Origin: Leucoraja erinacea
Lineage: Eukaryota
DNA length: 64,000 bases
Assembly (NCBI RefSeq): GCF_028641065.1
Contig: NC_073408.1
Location: 12,462,001-12,526,000 of the forward strand
Reading direction: 5' to 3'
The notes under the pieces were generated by a model. The model saw only the letters and a list, made by a program, of their open reading frames with translations, was not told where the DNA came from and searched no databases. The stretch's first letter is position 1. Each line of letters opens with the position of its first letter. Positions 50,245-64,000 of this stretch are shown here, in pieces. The translations under genes and the position numbers were made by a program.

Positions 50245-52310
50245 ATAGAAACATAGAAATTAGGTGCATGAGTAGGCCATTCGGCCCTTCGAGCCTGCAC
50301 CGCCATTCAATATGATCATGGCTGATCATCCAACTCGGTATCCTGTACCTGCCTTCTCTCCATACCCCCTGATCCCTTTAGCCACAAGGGCCACATCTAA
50401 CTCCCTCTTAAATATAGCCAATGAACTGGCCTCAACTACCTTCTGTGGCAGAGAATTCCAGAGATTCACCATTCTGTGTGAAAAATGTTTTTCTCATCTC
50501 AGTCCTAAAAGATTTCCCCCTTATCCTTAAACTGTGACCCCTAGTTCTGGACTTCCCCAACATCGGGAACAATCTTCCTGCATCTAGCCTGTCCAACCCC
50601 CTACGAATTTTGTAAGATTCTATAAAATCCCCCCTCAATCTTCTAAATTCTAGCGAGTACAAGCCGAGTCTATCCAGTCTTTCTTCATATGAAAGTCCTG
50701 ACATCCCAGGAACAGCCTGGTGAATCTTCTCTGTACTCCCTCTATGGCAAGAATGTCTTTTCTCAGATTAGGAGACCAAAACTGTACGCAATACTCCAGG
50801 TGTGGTCTCATCAAGACCCTGTACAACTGCAGTAGAACCTCCCTGCTCCTATACTCAAACCCTTTTGCTATGAATGCTAACATACCATTCGCTTTCTTCA
50901 CTACCTGCTGCACCTGCATGCCTACTTTCAATGTGTTCAAGAAGGAACTGCCGATGCTGGAAGATCGAAAGTACACAAAATTGCCAGCAATTTTGTGTAC
51001 CGTACCTGCCTACTTTCAATGACTGGTGTACCATTGATGGAAACATTTATGTAACTATTTCCTTGTGTATTCTATCTGTGTCTGCACAAGATTGTTTACC
51101 AAAACTGCCTAGGGCACAAGTAATTGACAGGTCTCGGAGATTAAGAGTCACAGAACTTGCAGAACGGCTAATCTTGCTCCAGTGTAACTTTCCACAGCTA
51201 AATGTTATTTCCTTTGAATTCTGAGTGTCCTTGTTGATTACCATTTGTCTGGATGCTTTTTTGTCTAAATCAATGTATAAAAGAGATGGTTTTCAGCATT
51301 AGCTCAGAGAGGACTCCCACAGACACTTGGGCTCTGTGTGACTCTCTCTCTCACAATAAAGTTCGTTCAGTTTCTACCTCCGTTTTTGTAATAGTCTTTG
51401 TTGGAAAATTTCTAACAACCATGACACCCAGGTCTCGTTGCATCTCCCCTTTTCCTAACCGGCCACCATTCAGATAATAGTCTAGTTTCCTGGATAACCT
51501 CACATTTATCCACATTAAACTGCATCTGCCATGCATTTGCCTACTCACCCAGCCTATCCAAGTCACCTTGCAGCATCCTAGCATCCTCCTCACAGCTAAA
51601 GCTGCCCCCCAGCTTCGTGTCATCCGCAAACTTGGAGATGTTGCATTCAATTATCTTGCCCAAATTATTAATATATATTGTAAATAGCTGGGGTCCCAGC
51701 ACTGAACCTTGCGGTACCCCACTAGTCACTGCCTGCCATTGTGAAAAGGACCCGTTTACTCCTACTCTTTGCTTCCTGTCTGCCACATCAATCCACATCA
51801 CTCTATCCACATCAATACTGAACCCCCAATACCGTGTGCTTTAAGTTTGTATACTAATCTCTTATGTGGGACCTTGTCGAAAGCCTTCTGAAAGTCCAGA
51901 TATAACACATCCACTGGTTCTCCCTTATCCACTCTACTAGTTACATCCTCGAAAAATTCTATAAGATTCGTCAGACATGATTTACCTTTCATAAATCCAT
52001 GCTGACTTTGCCCAATGATTTCACCACTTTTCAAATGTGCTGCTATCCCATCTTTAATAACTGACTTTAGCAGTTTCCCCACTACCGATGTTAGACTAAC
52101 TGGTCTGTAATTCCCTGTTTTCTCTCTCCCTCCCTTTTAAAAAGTGGGGTTGCATTAGCTACCCTCCAATCCTCAGGAACTACTCCAGAATCTAAAGCGT
52201 TTTGAAATATTATCACTAATGCATGCACTATTTCTGCGGCTACTTCCTTAAGTACTCTGGGATGCAGCCTATCTGGCCCTTGGGATTTATCGGCCTTTAA
52301 TCCATTCAAT
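50245..52310 (-). mobile_element. 5'-truncated CR1 LINE (RT domain to 3' end), frameshifted, with two nested inserts
   Basis: ORF pieces QHGFMKGKSCLTNL, YLDFQKAFDKVPH, SGVPQGSVLGP, SKFADDTKL and RPHLEYCVQFWSP; (tttctatg)n tail. Penelope insert at 50934-51006 has a 15-bp TSD tgcctactttcaatg. Confidence 0.92.
51035..51417 (+). mobile_element. Solo LTR (383 bp)
   Basis: TG...CA termini; 5-bp TSD accat (51030-51034, 51418-51422); TATAAAA at 51276-51282; AATAAA at 51355-51360. Interrupts otherwise continuous CR1 sequence. Confidence 0.85.
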
Positions 52311-52605
52311 TCATTATGAATTGATGGAATTTCTTGTTCACATGAAGCTCTCAAGATTGAAACTGGCTCACAGGAGCTTTGAGGCAGCAGCTCTGCTTGC
52401 TGCACCACTGTGTTACCCTTACTTTTGTGACGTTTTACTAAAGAACTGATATATATCAGGCTTCTTGATTACATTCCCGAATAGCATAGATCCAGGTTTG
52501 TGATTATGTCGATTTGGTCTCCATTTTAGCTTCCTCCAATTCCCACCACCAAACAATTACCAACACATGTCACTAGGTTAATCCTATTATATGTGCTTTT
52601 AAAAG

Positions 52606-52795
52606 GTCCAAAGTGCTGGAGAACAAGTCAGGCAGTCTCTCTGGAGGATTGGGATTGGTGACGTTTCGAGTTGGGACTCTTCTTCAGAACCGACTTGAAT
52701 TGTCACTCATCCATGTTCTTCAGAGAAGCTGCCTGACCCGCTGAATTACTCCAACACTTTTATTGCCAACCAGCATCTGCGCTTCCTTATGTTTC
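52606..52795. mobile_element. Penelope-derived palindromic repeat
   Basis: caaagtgctggag...gtgacgtttcgagttgggactcttcttcaga...gctgcctgacccgctgaattactcc. Confidence 0.6.
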
Positions 52796-53528
52796 CATGT
52801 GCTTTTCGCTTTTTCTCATTTTGTAAGTAATATCAGCCAAATACTTGCTGGAATTTCATACGTTAACATGCATTGATACTTCACGGTGCAGAATATCTCC
52901 CCCAAGTGATAAAACCAAATTACCCAGACATGATCGAACCTTCACAATTAAAATTTGCTAATTAGTGATTACTTTTTTTAAGTAAAGTCTCCTGTGGATT
53001 AACTAATTGTGAATTATAAATCCAATAAGTAGAACATTCTAGGTATAACTGCTATGAAATTCACTAGGCACTAATAGTCGCCTCGGCGCAGAGGGAGAAT
53101 AAGAAGGGAAGAGACGAAGACTTAAGACTTTTGCCTTCCATCACAGTGAGGAGGTGCCTGGTGAACTCACTATGGTGGATGTTAATTTGTGTCATTTTTA
53201 ATATATGTAGGACTGCAAGGCAACAAAATTTTGTTCAGACTGCAAGGTCTGAATGACAATAAAGGCTACTTTTACTTTGATAGCAGTCTTTGCATTAGAA
53301 TTTAAATAATAAAATTTTTCTGGTGACGAAATAATTCAATCAGAAAATGCAATTTTCAAATGGATTATTAGTTTACGTTATGAACTTCCAGTTATAGTAT
53401 ATTGTATCTTTTGGGAAGATGGTCACAAAAAGCTGGACAGGCAGGATCTCTGGACAGAAGGAATGGGTGACTTTTCCAGTCGAGATACTTCTTCAGCCCT
53501 TATGTTTCCTTACCTCAACAGAGAATGA

Positions 53529-53687
<159 letters not shown>

Positions 53688-54482
53688 TAAACAATTGTAA
53701 CCAGCAAAATGCAGTTTAAAATAGCAGCATTCACATGTCGTCTGTTGGCAGAGAACACAAAATAATTTTGTTTTACACTTGAGTAGAATTTCATTGCGAA
53801 CAGTGTGCTAAAAACAAGCTTATTAATGCCCATATATGTTTTGCAACATTTTCAATTAAAACAGTTATGTTAAATTCAAGGTCTTGCACCTGATATTGCC
53901 TTTAGTCCTTTACTATAATGTCACCTCATTGCCAGACATTTGTTTAACCTTTTGCTGCTACCCTCTGGAATTGCTTCCCAACCACCTTCTTCCTTGCTTT
54001 CAGAAATCTTTTTTGCTCAACCTATTTCTCAACTCTCCTCTGGTTTCCATTTTACCTGATGTTCCCTTTCATATTCAGTCTCTAGTATTCTGATATCTCT
54101 GATACAATATTATGTAAATGGTTAAAGTGCACTTGAGTGTTCTTTAGTTATTTTCTGATGGCTTTTGTTTAGAAGACTTTAACTGTTCTTCTGAATGTAT
54201 TAAAGGAAGTATCAAACAGAAAGAGGAGCACATGGTAAGAATTACCCCAATTATACATTCACTCAGCAGCTTTAGACCATTCTCATTGAATCTGGCATCC
54301 ATGAAAGTGAAAAGATATTCACCTGCAATCTGCCATACACACTGACTCTGGAGTGGCCTGGCTTCCCAGTTTGACAATCTTCAGCACTGAAACAATATTA
54401 ACTAATATCATATTAATATTATACAATATTTCAACAGGGCCTCTAAGATGACATCACTCACAGCACCAATATTCTTATTTGT

Positions 54483-54983
<501 letters not shown>

Positions 54984-56122
54984 TAAATCCTTTTTCGTTT
55001 TTTGAAATCCATTGTCTGTATTCAATCAACTCAATAGACCATTTTTAGTTTTGGTGATATGTTTATCATTTATGTATTGACCATACATATTGAAAGAAAA
55101 ATCTAGCTAACTACCAAGTCTTAATATTTCCCTAACAATCATGAAACTGATGGTGGCAATTAGCAATCTCAAACAACCAGAGTAAAACAATGTTGATCTA
55201 CACAAAATATGTTATTGTTCCATTAAAAACAAAATTCCCACATGACATTCTCTGGGGAGCCACTATGTAGTTGCTTGGATCAACCTGTAGATAGCAAGTG
55301 TTTATAGATTTAAACTGAATTATGAAAGGGTGTGTGCAAACTGTCATACTCGTGCATCTTTACCCGATCCTCCCTTTGCTCCACCTTACCCATTTTCTAG
55401 TATCAGAGTATTCACTGACAGCTGTGCATCAGCCAATTAGATAGAGACGAGGTACAGCAATTGTTATTGTACAGCAAAATTAATTTACTGGAAACAATAT
55501 ATCATGTGCCTGGTAATCATTTCCAAGAACATATAGGTAATTTATCCAGAAAACTGCACAGTTCAGTCATGAATGATGGACATAACATTAATATCCAGAA
55601 CTGTGGTCAGTAAGCTTGATTGACAGGGGAATTACCTAATGATTTCTCCTTTGGCAGGTCATAATGTTATCATTGAATAGTGGCTCCTTTGACATCAGCA
55701 ATTAGTGGATTTGAGTCCCACCCACATAGTTGCATAATCTGGACAGACATTTCAGTATGGTACAAGGGAATGCAACATTGTCAATTGCCATCTTAGATGA
55801 GGATGATATCTTGGACCAAGGCCTGCCTGTGTGTAGATTTTGATAAAACAAATGATCTCAAGATGTGATGAGGGACTATGAATACATTTTAACTTTTTAA
55901 TCAAATTAAATGAAACTGTGGTATCTTGTGACTCTTTTGACTTTTTGAATAGTGTTATTCGAAATTAATCCTTTAAGCATCAATGTGTTTTTCTTTTTTT
56001 GTATGAATATCAAATGTCATATTTTACACATCAGATCCACATTTAGATTTGACCTAGTGTGGTAATGAGTGTACATTTTAACAGATGCCTTTACTGAATC
56101 TAATTTACTGTGTGGGTTGCAG

Positions 56123-56263
56123 GTGCCTGAGGAGACATTGGCTTTCATCAGAAGTAAGGGCATTCATGCCTTAGTTCTGCAAACGGAAAAAGCTGTGGCA
56201 CAGTATAATAAATTGGTGAAAGAGGGGGTTGCTGTTGGAGGAATCTTCCATTCAACCTGCTAA
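56123..56263 (+). CDS. AAMDC: AAMDC-like last coding exon
   Basis: gcag| acceptor. VPEETLAFIRSKGIHALVLQTEKAVAQYNKLVKEGVAVGGIFHSTC*, with the conserved GGxFHSTC end. Confidence 0.95.
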   Translation: MPEETLAFIRSKGIHALVLQTEKAVAQYNKLVKEGVAVGGIFHSTC

Positions 56264-56993
56264 AGTATCCTGTTATTACACTTCATGTCTTGATTTTACC
56301 AAAGGAGAATAACTCACTTTGCTTGGTTGCCAAGGTTAAGCATTCCGTTGTAATTTTTTTAATGCAAGATGAAAAATTGATTACATATGTGGACTGAAAA
56401 ACTAAAACAGATACTGGTATTTCTATGACAACCTGATAGTTTCATTCCTAGGAAACCTTGTGTTTAAAAAAAAAGAATATTGTCATTAGGGAAAAGGTTA
56501 GGGCCTGAAGAGTGCCAGACTTGTAATAACAAAGTTAATTTAAAAAAAAAGTCTTATTAATAGCTACAAATGTATTATTTGTTACTAAAAATATAAAAAG
56601 GCTGAATGTAGCGTTGTCTAATTGCACAATAGAAATGATTGTCAATTTCCCAGTGACCACCTACGGTGAATTCTTTTTTTAAAAGACAATGGTGGCTTAT
56701 TTCTGCCAGGAGGGAGAGGTTACATGAAAAGTTTTTTTCCCCCAAGACTTTTTTTCAGGTCAGCTTTTGATTCGGCTTGTTATTTTCCAAAGTAATTTTG
56801 AAGTAGTTCTCTAATTCCCGTTAGAAATTGTCTTATAACCAAATTGGTCAGCATAATACAAACAATTTCCCCTGATATTCAATTTGCATTATTAAAACAT
56901 ATGCTGGACCATAACTAGCTATACTAAAAGATGGTTGGACATTTCATGCAGTCAGTATTTCATAACTTCCACTTCAAAGATTATTTAAACTGT

Positions 56994-57040
56994 AATAAAG
57001 CATTATGTAATTTCTATTTTCGATTTGAATGGCTAATAAA
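56994..57040 (+). terminator. Candidate AAMDC polyadenylation signals
   Basis: AATAAA at 56994-56999 and 57035-57040, about 750 nt after the stop. Confidence 0.5.
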
Positions 57041-59300
57041 CATTCCATGTTGTTTGCTGCTTAAACATGCGTTAAATACTGTTCTATCACATCTAGTCAC
57101 TTCGCATGTGTTGGATTATAATCAGTACTAGAAATTTGGGACTTCTTCAATATATCTCAACGTACAGAGATGTAGATTTAGTTTTAAAATGGACAATTCC
57201 GCAAATAGACTCTTCATTACTAACATAACCAAATGACCTACATTTCTTTCCTGCATCCCACTGCTAATTTGAAAGTCAATGGATCAACTATTTGCTAACT
57301 GCCTTCATTGGTAAACACCAGCTGTGGCCTGGGTAGTGAGTTTGACAAAATAATTTACAAGAATTCTGAAGTATCGAGGCTGGAATAAGGACTCGGATAG
57401 TAATTATCAACTGATAAATTTGACAAAAATCTTGCATGAAACATTACCTAAATGAAGTCAAATATGATCTTCACAATAATCTCATCATATAGCTATATAT
57501 ATATATACACATACCATCCCACAACCAAATTATAAGTAATAACACTCAAAGTATGATAGTCTAAATCATTCACAAATAGGGATGTTACAAAATCCTTTGC
57601 ATTACAATTATGCCCATTTAAGTTATTTTACATTTCTTCAACTATACTCCAGTCATAAATGGTTCAACAGCTAACAAGAGGAAAATACTTCAATAATATC
57701 CTCATCTTCAACATTGCCCAAGTCTTGGAAATTAGTATCAAAATGAAAACATTTGCAAACCAACTTTAAGAAATTGACCCCTGCTGTCTATATGAGACAT
57801 GTACCTCCTTTCGAAGCTGAATACGAAAAACTGTGAATACTGTTAATCTTAAATATAAGCACAAAATGCCCAGTTTAACATGTTTGATATCTAACTCTTC
57901 CTATGAAAGATAATAAACCTGAAACTTTGACGATGTTTCTTTTCCCATAGATGTTTCGTAACCTGTTGAATTTTTCCAGCATCTCTGTTTATATTCCTAA
58001 TTAACACTTCTTTGTCTCTTTCCTGTAATGCCTGCCATGCTTGAACGTTCCCATTGCAGCCTGACCTGCTTATATAACATTCAAGCAGTGGGAGTGAAAA
58101 TGTTATCAGCGCCACTGAAAATGTTAACAGTATCCAATGTAAACTCTTCTAGTTCTTTTGAAAGCTAGCTCACTATGAGATAAATTCCAGATGTTCCAGC
58201 TGTACACATGTCATTTCCACCTGGTGACTGTTTCAAGAACAGTCTGGAGTGCGAGTCTTGGGATGGCATTTTCTATTTCTTCACGACTTGCTGATTCAAG
58301 TCATCATGCCTATGTCAGCTCTCAGAGCAATCCCAACAATTCATTCCCCTGTAACTCACACAATCATTAATTTCTCCTGCCATACAATCACAATTTACTC
58401 TGTGCAATTTACTGTGAACCAGTAACCTACCAACCAGAACATCTTTATTATGGGGAAGGATACCAAAGCAATCAAGAGAAATTCACATAGTCACAGTGAG
58501 AATGTACAATGAGCCAAAGCAGATGGCAGCAGAGGTCAGAATGAAACCTGGGTGTCTGAATCGCTGTGACAACCATATTACCCATTGCAGCACCATGCAA
58601 CCTTTCAGCTGTTTCGGTATGAGGGTGGAGGAGAAGGTAAGGAGATGGTGGTTGGCACGGTGTTGATGATGATAGTAATGTTACTAAATCCAGTTATGTT
58701 CTTACCATCTTCTATTACATCCAGAAGTAAGGAATGTAAAACTCCTGCTTACCTGAGGTATTAAAGTTAGCTGTTATACATGGAGTCACTCAGCTGAAAT
58801 CGGCAATCATAATGCTGACCAAATATTGAATAATCATAGACAACCATAGACCTTCAGAAAGCTATTGCTCTTTCGATGTTTCTATTTATGCATATTAATG
58901 ATGTTTCGTCCCCCAGTGCTGAAGATTTAAAACAAAACTATAGAGAAGCAAGATGATTGGCCTTTTTTTTTAATTTTATGGAGATTACTTACAACATCCA
59001 AAACAGAACATGTTGTGGTAAATTACAAAAATATACATTTACACTTGAAATAAGAAACTTTAATTTGTGTTGCATTTTGCAGGAACAGTGTTCTTACTTT
59101 CATGTCATACTATGCATTGAGATGTGAGCAAGCATTGTGTATGACAGTTTAAAGATGATCCCTTAAAGGTTGGAGTCTCTTTAATTTTTCTAATGAAGCA
59201 TCTTTAAGGAGAAAACTTCAAACAGAACTATAAAAGGAAACATTATACCACAGTCCAAGAATTACAGCATTTTCGTTATCCCTTTTAACATTTAGCACTA

Positions 59301-60774
59301 CAGGTGCACAACCTTTTATCCGGTGTTCCAGAAACCGAAAAGCTCCGAAAACCGGCCATTTTTTCCAGATGTCGTCTGTGCACCAAAGCTCGCGTTTGGC
59401 GCCAAACCTGACCCAAAACGACCCACGGTCAACCCAGGTCTGTACTACTGTAGCGGCTGCCTCCTCCCTGGAGACCGGGGAGTCGTCAATAGCTGTAATT
59501 AAGTCCATGCTGTGAAGGCCATCTTTGACACCATGTCTGCTTCAAGCACTCTTAATAGGTTATTGTAGTTTTAAAATGCCAATGGTAGTTGTTACTTTGG
59601 TACATGAGAAGCTATTAGTTACTGGAGGAATCTGCGCTTGGAAGTTGATTCCTTATATAGAAAATAACTTCACTTTTAATTCTAGTCTGAATCATGGAAA
59701 TATCCAATCTGTAAAGTATGTTTTAGCTGAACTTAAACATCTGTAAATCATTGCTTAAATGTTAGTCAGTTAGTTTGGAGGGCTTTTATGTGAAGGGGGG
59801 TGAAGGGGTAAACTTTAATTCTTAGTCCCCTACCTGGTCGGAGAGGCGGGGAGCGGTCAATGCCTTACCGGGTCGCCATGCAGTAAGCTCCGCAGCGCTG
59901 TGGCCGGTGGGGCTGCGGGCGGCGCCAGTTGTAGCTCCGACCCCGGCAACTCTACCCCTGGCTGCGAGGCGCTCCAAATCCAGCGCGGCCCGCGGCCGGA
60001 CGCCCCAGCTCCGCGAATGTCGGGAGTCGGCGACGTCGCAGCGCTGGGATACCAGCGGGGTGCGGGCAATGCCTTACCGGGTCGCCGTGCGGCAAGCTCC
60101 GGAGCGCTGTGGCCGCCGACACACAACATCGCGGAGCGTCGCTGGATTTGGAGCCGCGCAGCCAGGGGTAGAGTTGCCGGGGTCGGAGCTCCAACCGGCG
60201 CCGCCCGCGGCTGGACGGAGCCCCCAGCTCCGCGGCTCCAAATCCAGCGACGCTCCGCGAATGTTGGAAGAAGGCGGCCACAGCGTTCCGGAGCTTGCCG
60301 CACGGCGACCCGGTAAGGCATTGCCCGCGCTGGTATGCGACGCCGCCGACTCCCGACATTCCCGGAGCTGGGACGTCCGGCCGCGGGCCGCGCTGGATTT
60401 GGAGCGCCTCGCAGCCAGGGGTAGAGTTGCCGGGGTCGGAGCCACAACCGGCGCCGCCCGCGGCCGGACGGACGGAGCCCCCAGCTCCGCGAGGTTGGGA
60501 GTCGCCGACCAGGTAGGTAGGGGACTAAGAATTAAAGTTTCCCCCTTCACCCCTACACCACCACCACCACATAAAATCCCTCCAAACTAACTGGCTAACA
60601 TTTATGCAATGATTCTCCCGGTCTCCGGGGAGGAGGCAGCTGCTCCAGACTTTTCAAGCCGCCCGCGCTACCTACCTAATCTACGCTAAAAATCTTCCAT
60701 TCTGAAATCCGAAAATGTCCGAAATCCGACAAGTGTCTGGTCCCAAGGCTTTCGGATAAAAGGTTGTGCACCTG
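59301..60774. mobile_element. Non-autonomous Tc1/mariner (pogo/Tigger-like) foldback element
   Basis: TA TSD; perfect 22-bp TIR CAGGTGCACAACCTTTTATCCG; long internal inverted repeats and a GC-rich core. Confidence 0.88.
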
Positions 60775-61245
60775 TATTTAATTTTGATAAGAAAATTTAA
60801 GCTCCATTCATTCTACCCACAATTTCTCTATTCTTTCCATATATGACTATTAGTTAGGACTGAATCACAGCTTATTTTGCAGCATGAAATGTTATGGTTT
60901 CCTATTTATTTTTGTATCTAACCAAATAAAACATGTAGAGCATCCACTGAATGTTAAAGTGGTTTACTTTGACTAATACTCAAGTTATATTTATAATGCT
61001 TTATTTAGGCACATATTCTAAAAATAGCAGATTAATAGAATGTCCTGAACCAAAGAATATTAGTACACCATTCACAGGGATTTGCACAAGAAAGGTTGGG
61101 GGGGGAGCAAGGGCATGGGCCTAACTTAGTAATCATACAAAAATATTGTATAAATGCAAGGTGTTAGATGCACATGCATGTTTTCCCATTACATTAAGAA
61201 TGCATGTGCATGATCCTCCAAAAGCTGATATATTTAAATTCATGT

Positions 61246-61560
61246 GTAGGAAGGAACTGCAGATGCTTTTTTAAACCGAAGACAGACACAAAATGCTGGA
61301 GTAACTCAGAGGGACAGGCAGCATCTCTGGAGAGAAGGAATGGGTGATGTTTCGGGTCGAGACCCTTCTTCAGACTCGCCCATTCCTCTCCAGAGATTCT
61401 GCCTGAGTTACTACAGCATTTTGTGTCTATATGTCTATATTTAAGTTCCTGACTGATCAGTCTGAAGAAGGGTCACGACGTGAATCATCACCTATGTTCT
61501 CCAGAGATACTGCCTGACCCACTGAGTTACTCCAGCACTTTATGCCTATCTTTGTAAACC
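61246..61560. mobile_element. Two Penelope-derived short repeats
   Basis: gtaggaaggaactgcagatgc...gtttcgggtcgagacccttcttcagact, and agtctgaagaagggtcacgac...gagttactccagcac. Confidence 0.65.
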
Positions 61561-64000
61561 TATCTTGTTTCTCTATTTAAATTCCTGGTTCATTTATTTC
61601 CAGGATTTTAGTTCCAATTATGCATTGCTTATGTCGTGTTCATTTTACAATAACTTGCATTTAATTGAACTAGAATCTCTGTTATCTTCAGGAATATCAA
61701 CTACAGTTTACCTTGCCTCATTAGCACAGCCTTATGACATGGGTTTTATTTAATTATATTAAAGCCTCACTTGGTTCCACAGCTACAAGTGTTGAACTAA
61801 TTGGCTACAAATTATAATATGTGGAAAGGTTTTTTATTATTTTCCCTTCATATGTGAATTTGCCGATCAAATTGTCATGCACAGTTGATGTGAGAGTTCA
61901 AAACCCTGCTGTAAAGTATTAATTATCAAAAGGATGACTGAAAGCAAAAAATAAAATATACATTACAAGCCTGTACCGTATTTAAAATCTGAAGTAATGT
62001 GCTCCTAAAGTATTTTTCAATGTGACACAAAGATAGGAATGTCCAAGAAAATAATTCAATATACATGCACAAAATAAAACATTAAAAAAAAATAGAGCAG
62101 GCCTATCCACAACTAAAACTAAAATATAGTTTGTTGTTTTAAATGGTGGGCTTTTTCACAGAATAGTCAATGAAGAACAGCCTTTGTTGATTTCTTTTCA
62201 GATGTTAACAGGCCCACAGTACATTACAATATTTCTGTTTTGATTTTAGATTTATCATTCACAGTTTTCATTTTTTATCTCTGCTGCTCAATTTTAAACT
62301 GCATAAATGCCTACTCCCTCATTTGTATACATTTTGAATCCAAGTGTAAACATGCTTCACATTAAATCTGCAGCAACAGTATCCTTGGTGTTATGAAAGT
62401 ATTCTCAGCACCCTGATGCCTTACAGGTATTTTTTAAGTTTACTTATTTGATACCGTTTGGTGCTCTCAGTGGGGCTTGGATTGGTTTGGGGAAGGGGAG
62501 GCTGTTTGCTGTAGAACTATCAAGAATCTTCATTAAAAGAGGGAAGGAAATATTAAAGATTATCCAGTGTGCCTACCATTAGGTGAAAGACTAACGTAGG
62601 CCTACCAGCCCATTATCAAGCACTTCAGTAAAGGAAGAATTTTAAACAAGGGGAAAATAAAGTTGATATTCTAAAAGCTATCTTTTTTCACAGAATGTGG
62701 CAAGTTTCAGCTTATAGAGCTTGTAGTCATAAAACAAAAGCTAGAAATAAATTTGTAGTACATACAAAGAAAACCTCTTGCATGCCCTTTAGTTAACAGC
62801 GACTCTGACAACACTTGGAATAGGAAGTAGTGGATGGTTAAACAATGTGCTAGTTTGATTCTTCATGTTTATGAATTTGTTAAATTCAGATGGCAACCTG
62901 TTTAGGTATCATTTCTCATTTTAAAGATCACGACAGATAATTAACATCAATTTCTCGTTAAACTTTCAACTAAAAGATGTGCCAGTGTTACCTTTAAATT
63001 AAAACTGCAAAACAAATCACAGGTAACCACCAGATCAGAGATTAACATTGTTCAATTCCACAATTGATGAAATAAGGGCAAGGAGAACCAAGGGAATACG
63101 TTTTACTCTGCATCATCTCAGACACACAATAAATCTCCAACAGGTTTTTAACTGTGAATAATTTAACCAAACTAAAGACCACACTTACCCAATGGAATAA
63201 GACTGGGCACAGTGACTTTTGTAACTCAGCTCAACTGAAGAAAATGCAACAGGACAAGGGATTCTATTTAAACGTTAACAATCGCTGCATTCAGACTTCC
63301 TCTCATTAATAACATAATCAACAGACACTGGCAGTTTTTAAAAGAAACAGTAAACAAACATTTGCAGACAAAAAATGAACATAAAGTTGACTAGCTATTT
63401 AAATACAAATGTAAAAAATGTTTTGCACAAAACAGTAAGCTTTCATGTCCCTTTTGAAAAGAAGTGTACACTCCCAAAATGTTGTGACATGTTCATACAT
63501 GCAGATACCTCTTTTAAAAAAATCACTTAATCTGCTCGTATCTTTTTAATGCAAATGCATATGCATTTGATGTGATTTTTGAAAAACATTAAATGTAAAA
63601 CTTTGTTTTGCATATTTCCCTTCTTAAATTATGTTACAAATAACATAGGCACACATCATTTTATTAAAAAAAAAACACCTTATAGCCTTTGTTCATTACT
63701 TTGTGACTCTTAGTAAGTGCCAAACATCTGCTTTGAAACATGTTCTCTCTGTGTGAATGATACAAGCACAGGGGTTTGTAACTATATTTGGCCCATGTCC
63801 CTGAATTTCAGTATACTGCACTATAATCACAAAGTTGGATAAACAAACTCCCTAACCCAACAGTCATGTGCTTCCCAGGTGCTTGCACACTAGTTTTAGT
63901 TAATTAACATTCCTCACTAGAAAGCCTACATTTCAAATATTTCCTTTCTACATTTGGCCCACTGAGTCACAGAGCAATCAATCCCATCCCATTCTTATTT

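Noticed and set aside
50245-52310. Active autonomous CR1 or domesticated RT gene
   Set aside because: 5'-truncated, frameshifted and interrupted by two insertions.
59857-60590. Long overlapping ORFs (135-227 aa) in several frames on both strands
   Set aside because: Stop-poor GC-rich palindromic transposon core; no recognisable domain or splice structure.
61600-64000. 3'UTR or exons of a downstream gene
   Set aside because: AT-rich unique sequence, but no coding exon or anchor could be identified within the window.

Overview
Repeat-rich eukaryotic genomic DNA. The CR1 LINEs, HE1/V-SINE-type tRNA SINEs and Penelope-derived repeats point to a cartilaginous fish, probably a skate or ray (inference). 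Three complete multi-exon genes were reconstructed by hand, all with GT-AG introns and consistent phases: RBM7 (minus, 5 coding exons, 30334->22441, 276 aa); REXO2 oligoribonuclease (plus, 7 exons, 38650/38836->46114, with an Arg-rich presequence); and an AAMDC/Mth938-domain gene (plus, 3 coding exons, 53532->56263, 122 aa). The rest is mostly transposon-derived: CR1 and Rex1-like fragments, SINEs, two non-autonomous Helitrons carrying minisatellites, TTAA-flanked MITEs, a 1.47-kb Tc1/mariner-type foldback, a solo LTR and a 34-bp micro-MITE. The most striking observation is a 142-bp retroposon with a 12-bp TSD (5957-6098, minus) whose 5' end is exactly G1 of a complete, P4-less HDV/CPEB3-like ribozyme fold. 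Many Penelope-type minimal hammerhead cores are also present, one in the sense strand of RBM7 intron 1. Repeat boundaries are approximate unless a TSD or TIR is quoted. Comparisons with human proteins are from memory; no searches were run.
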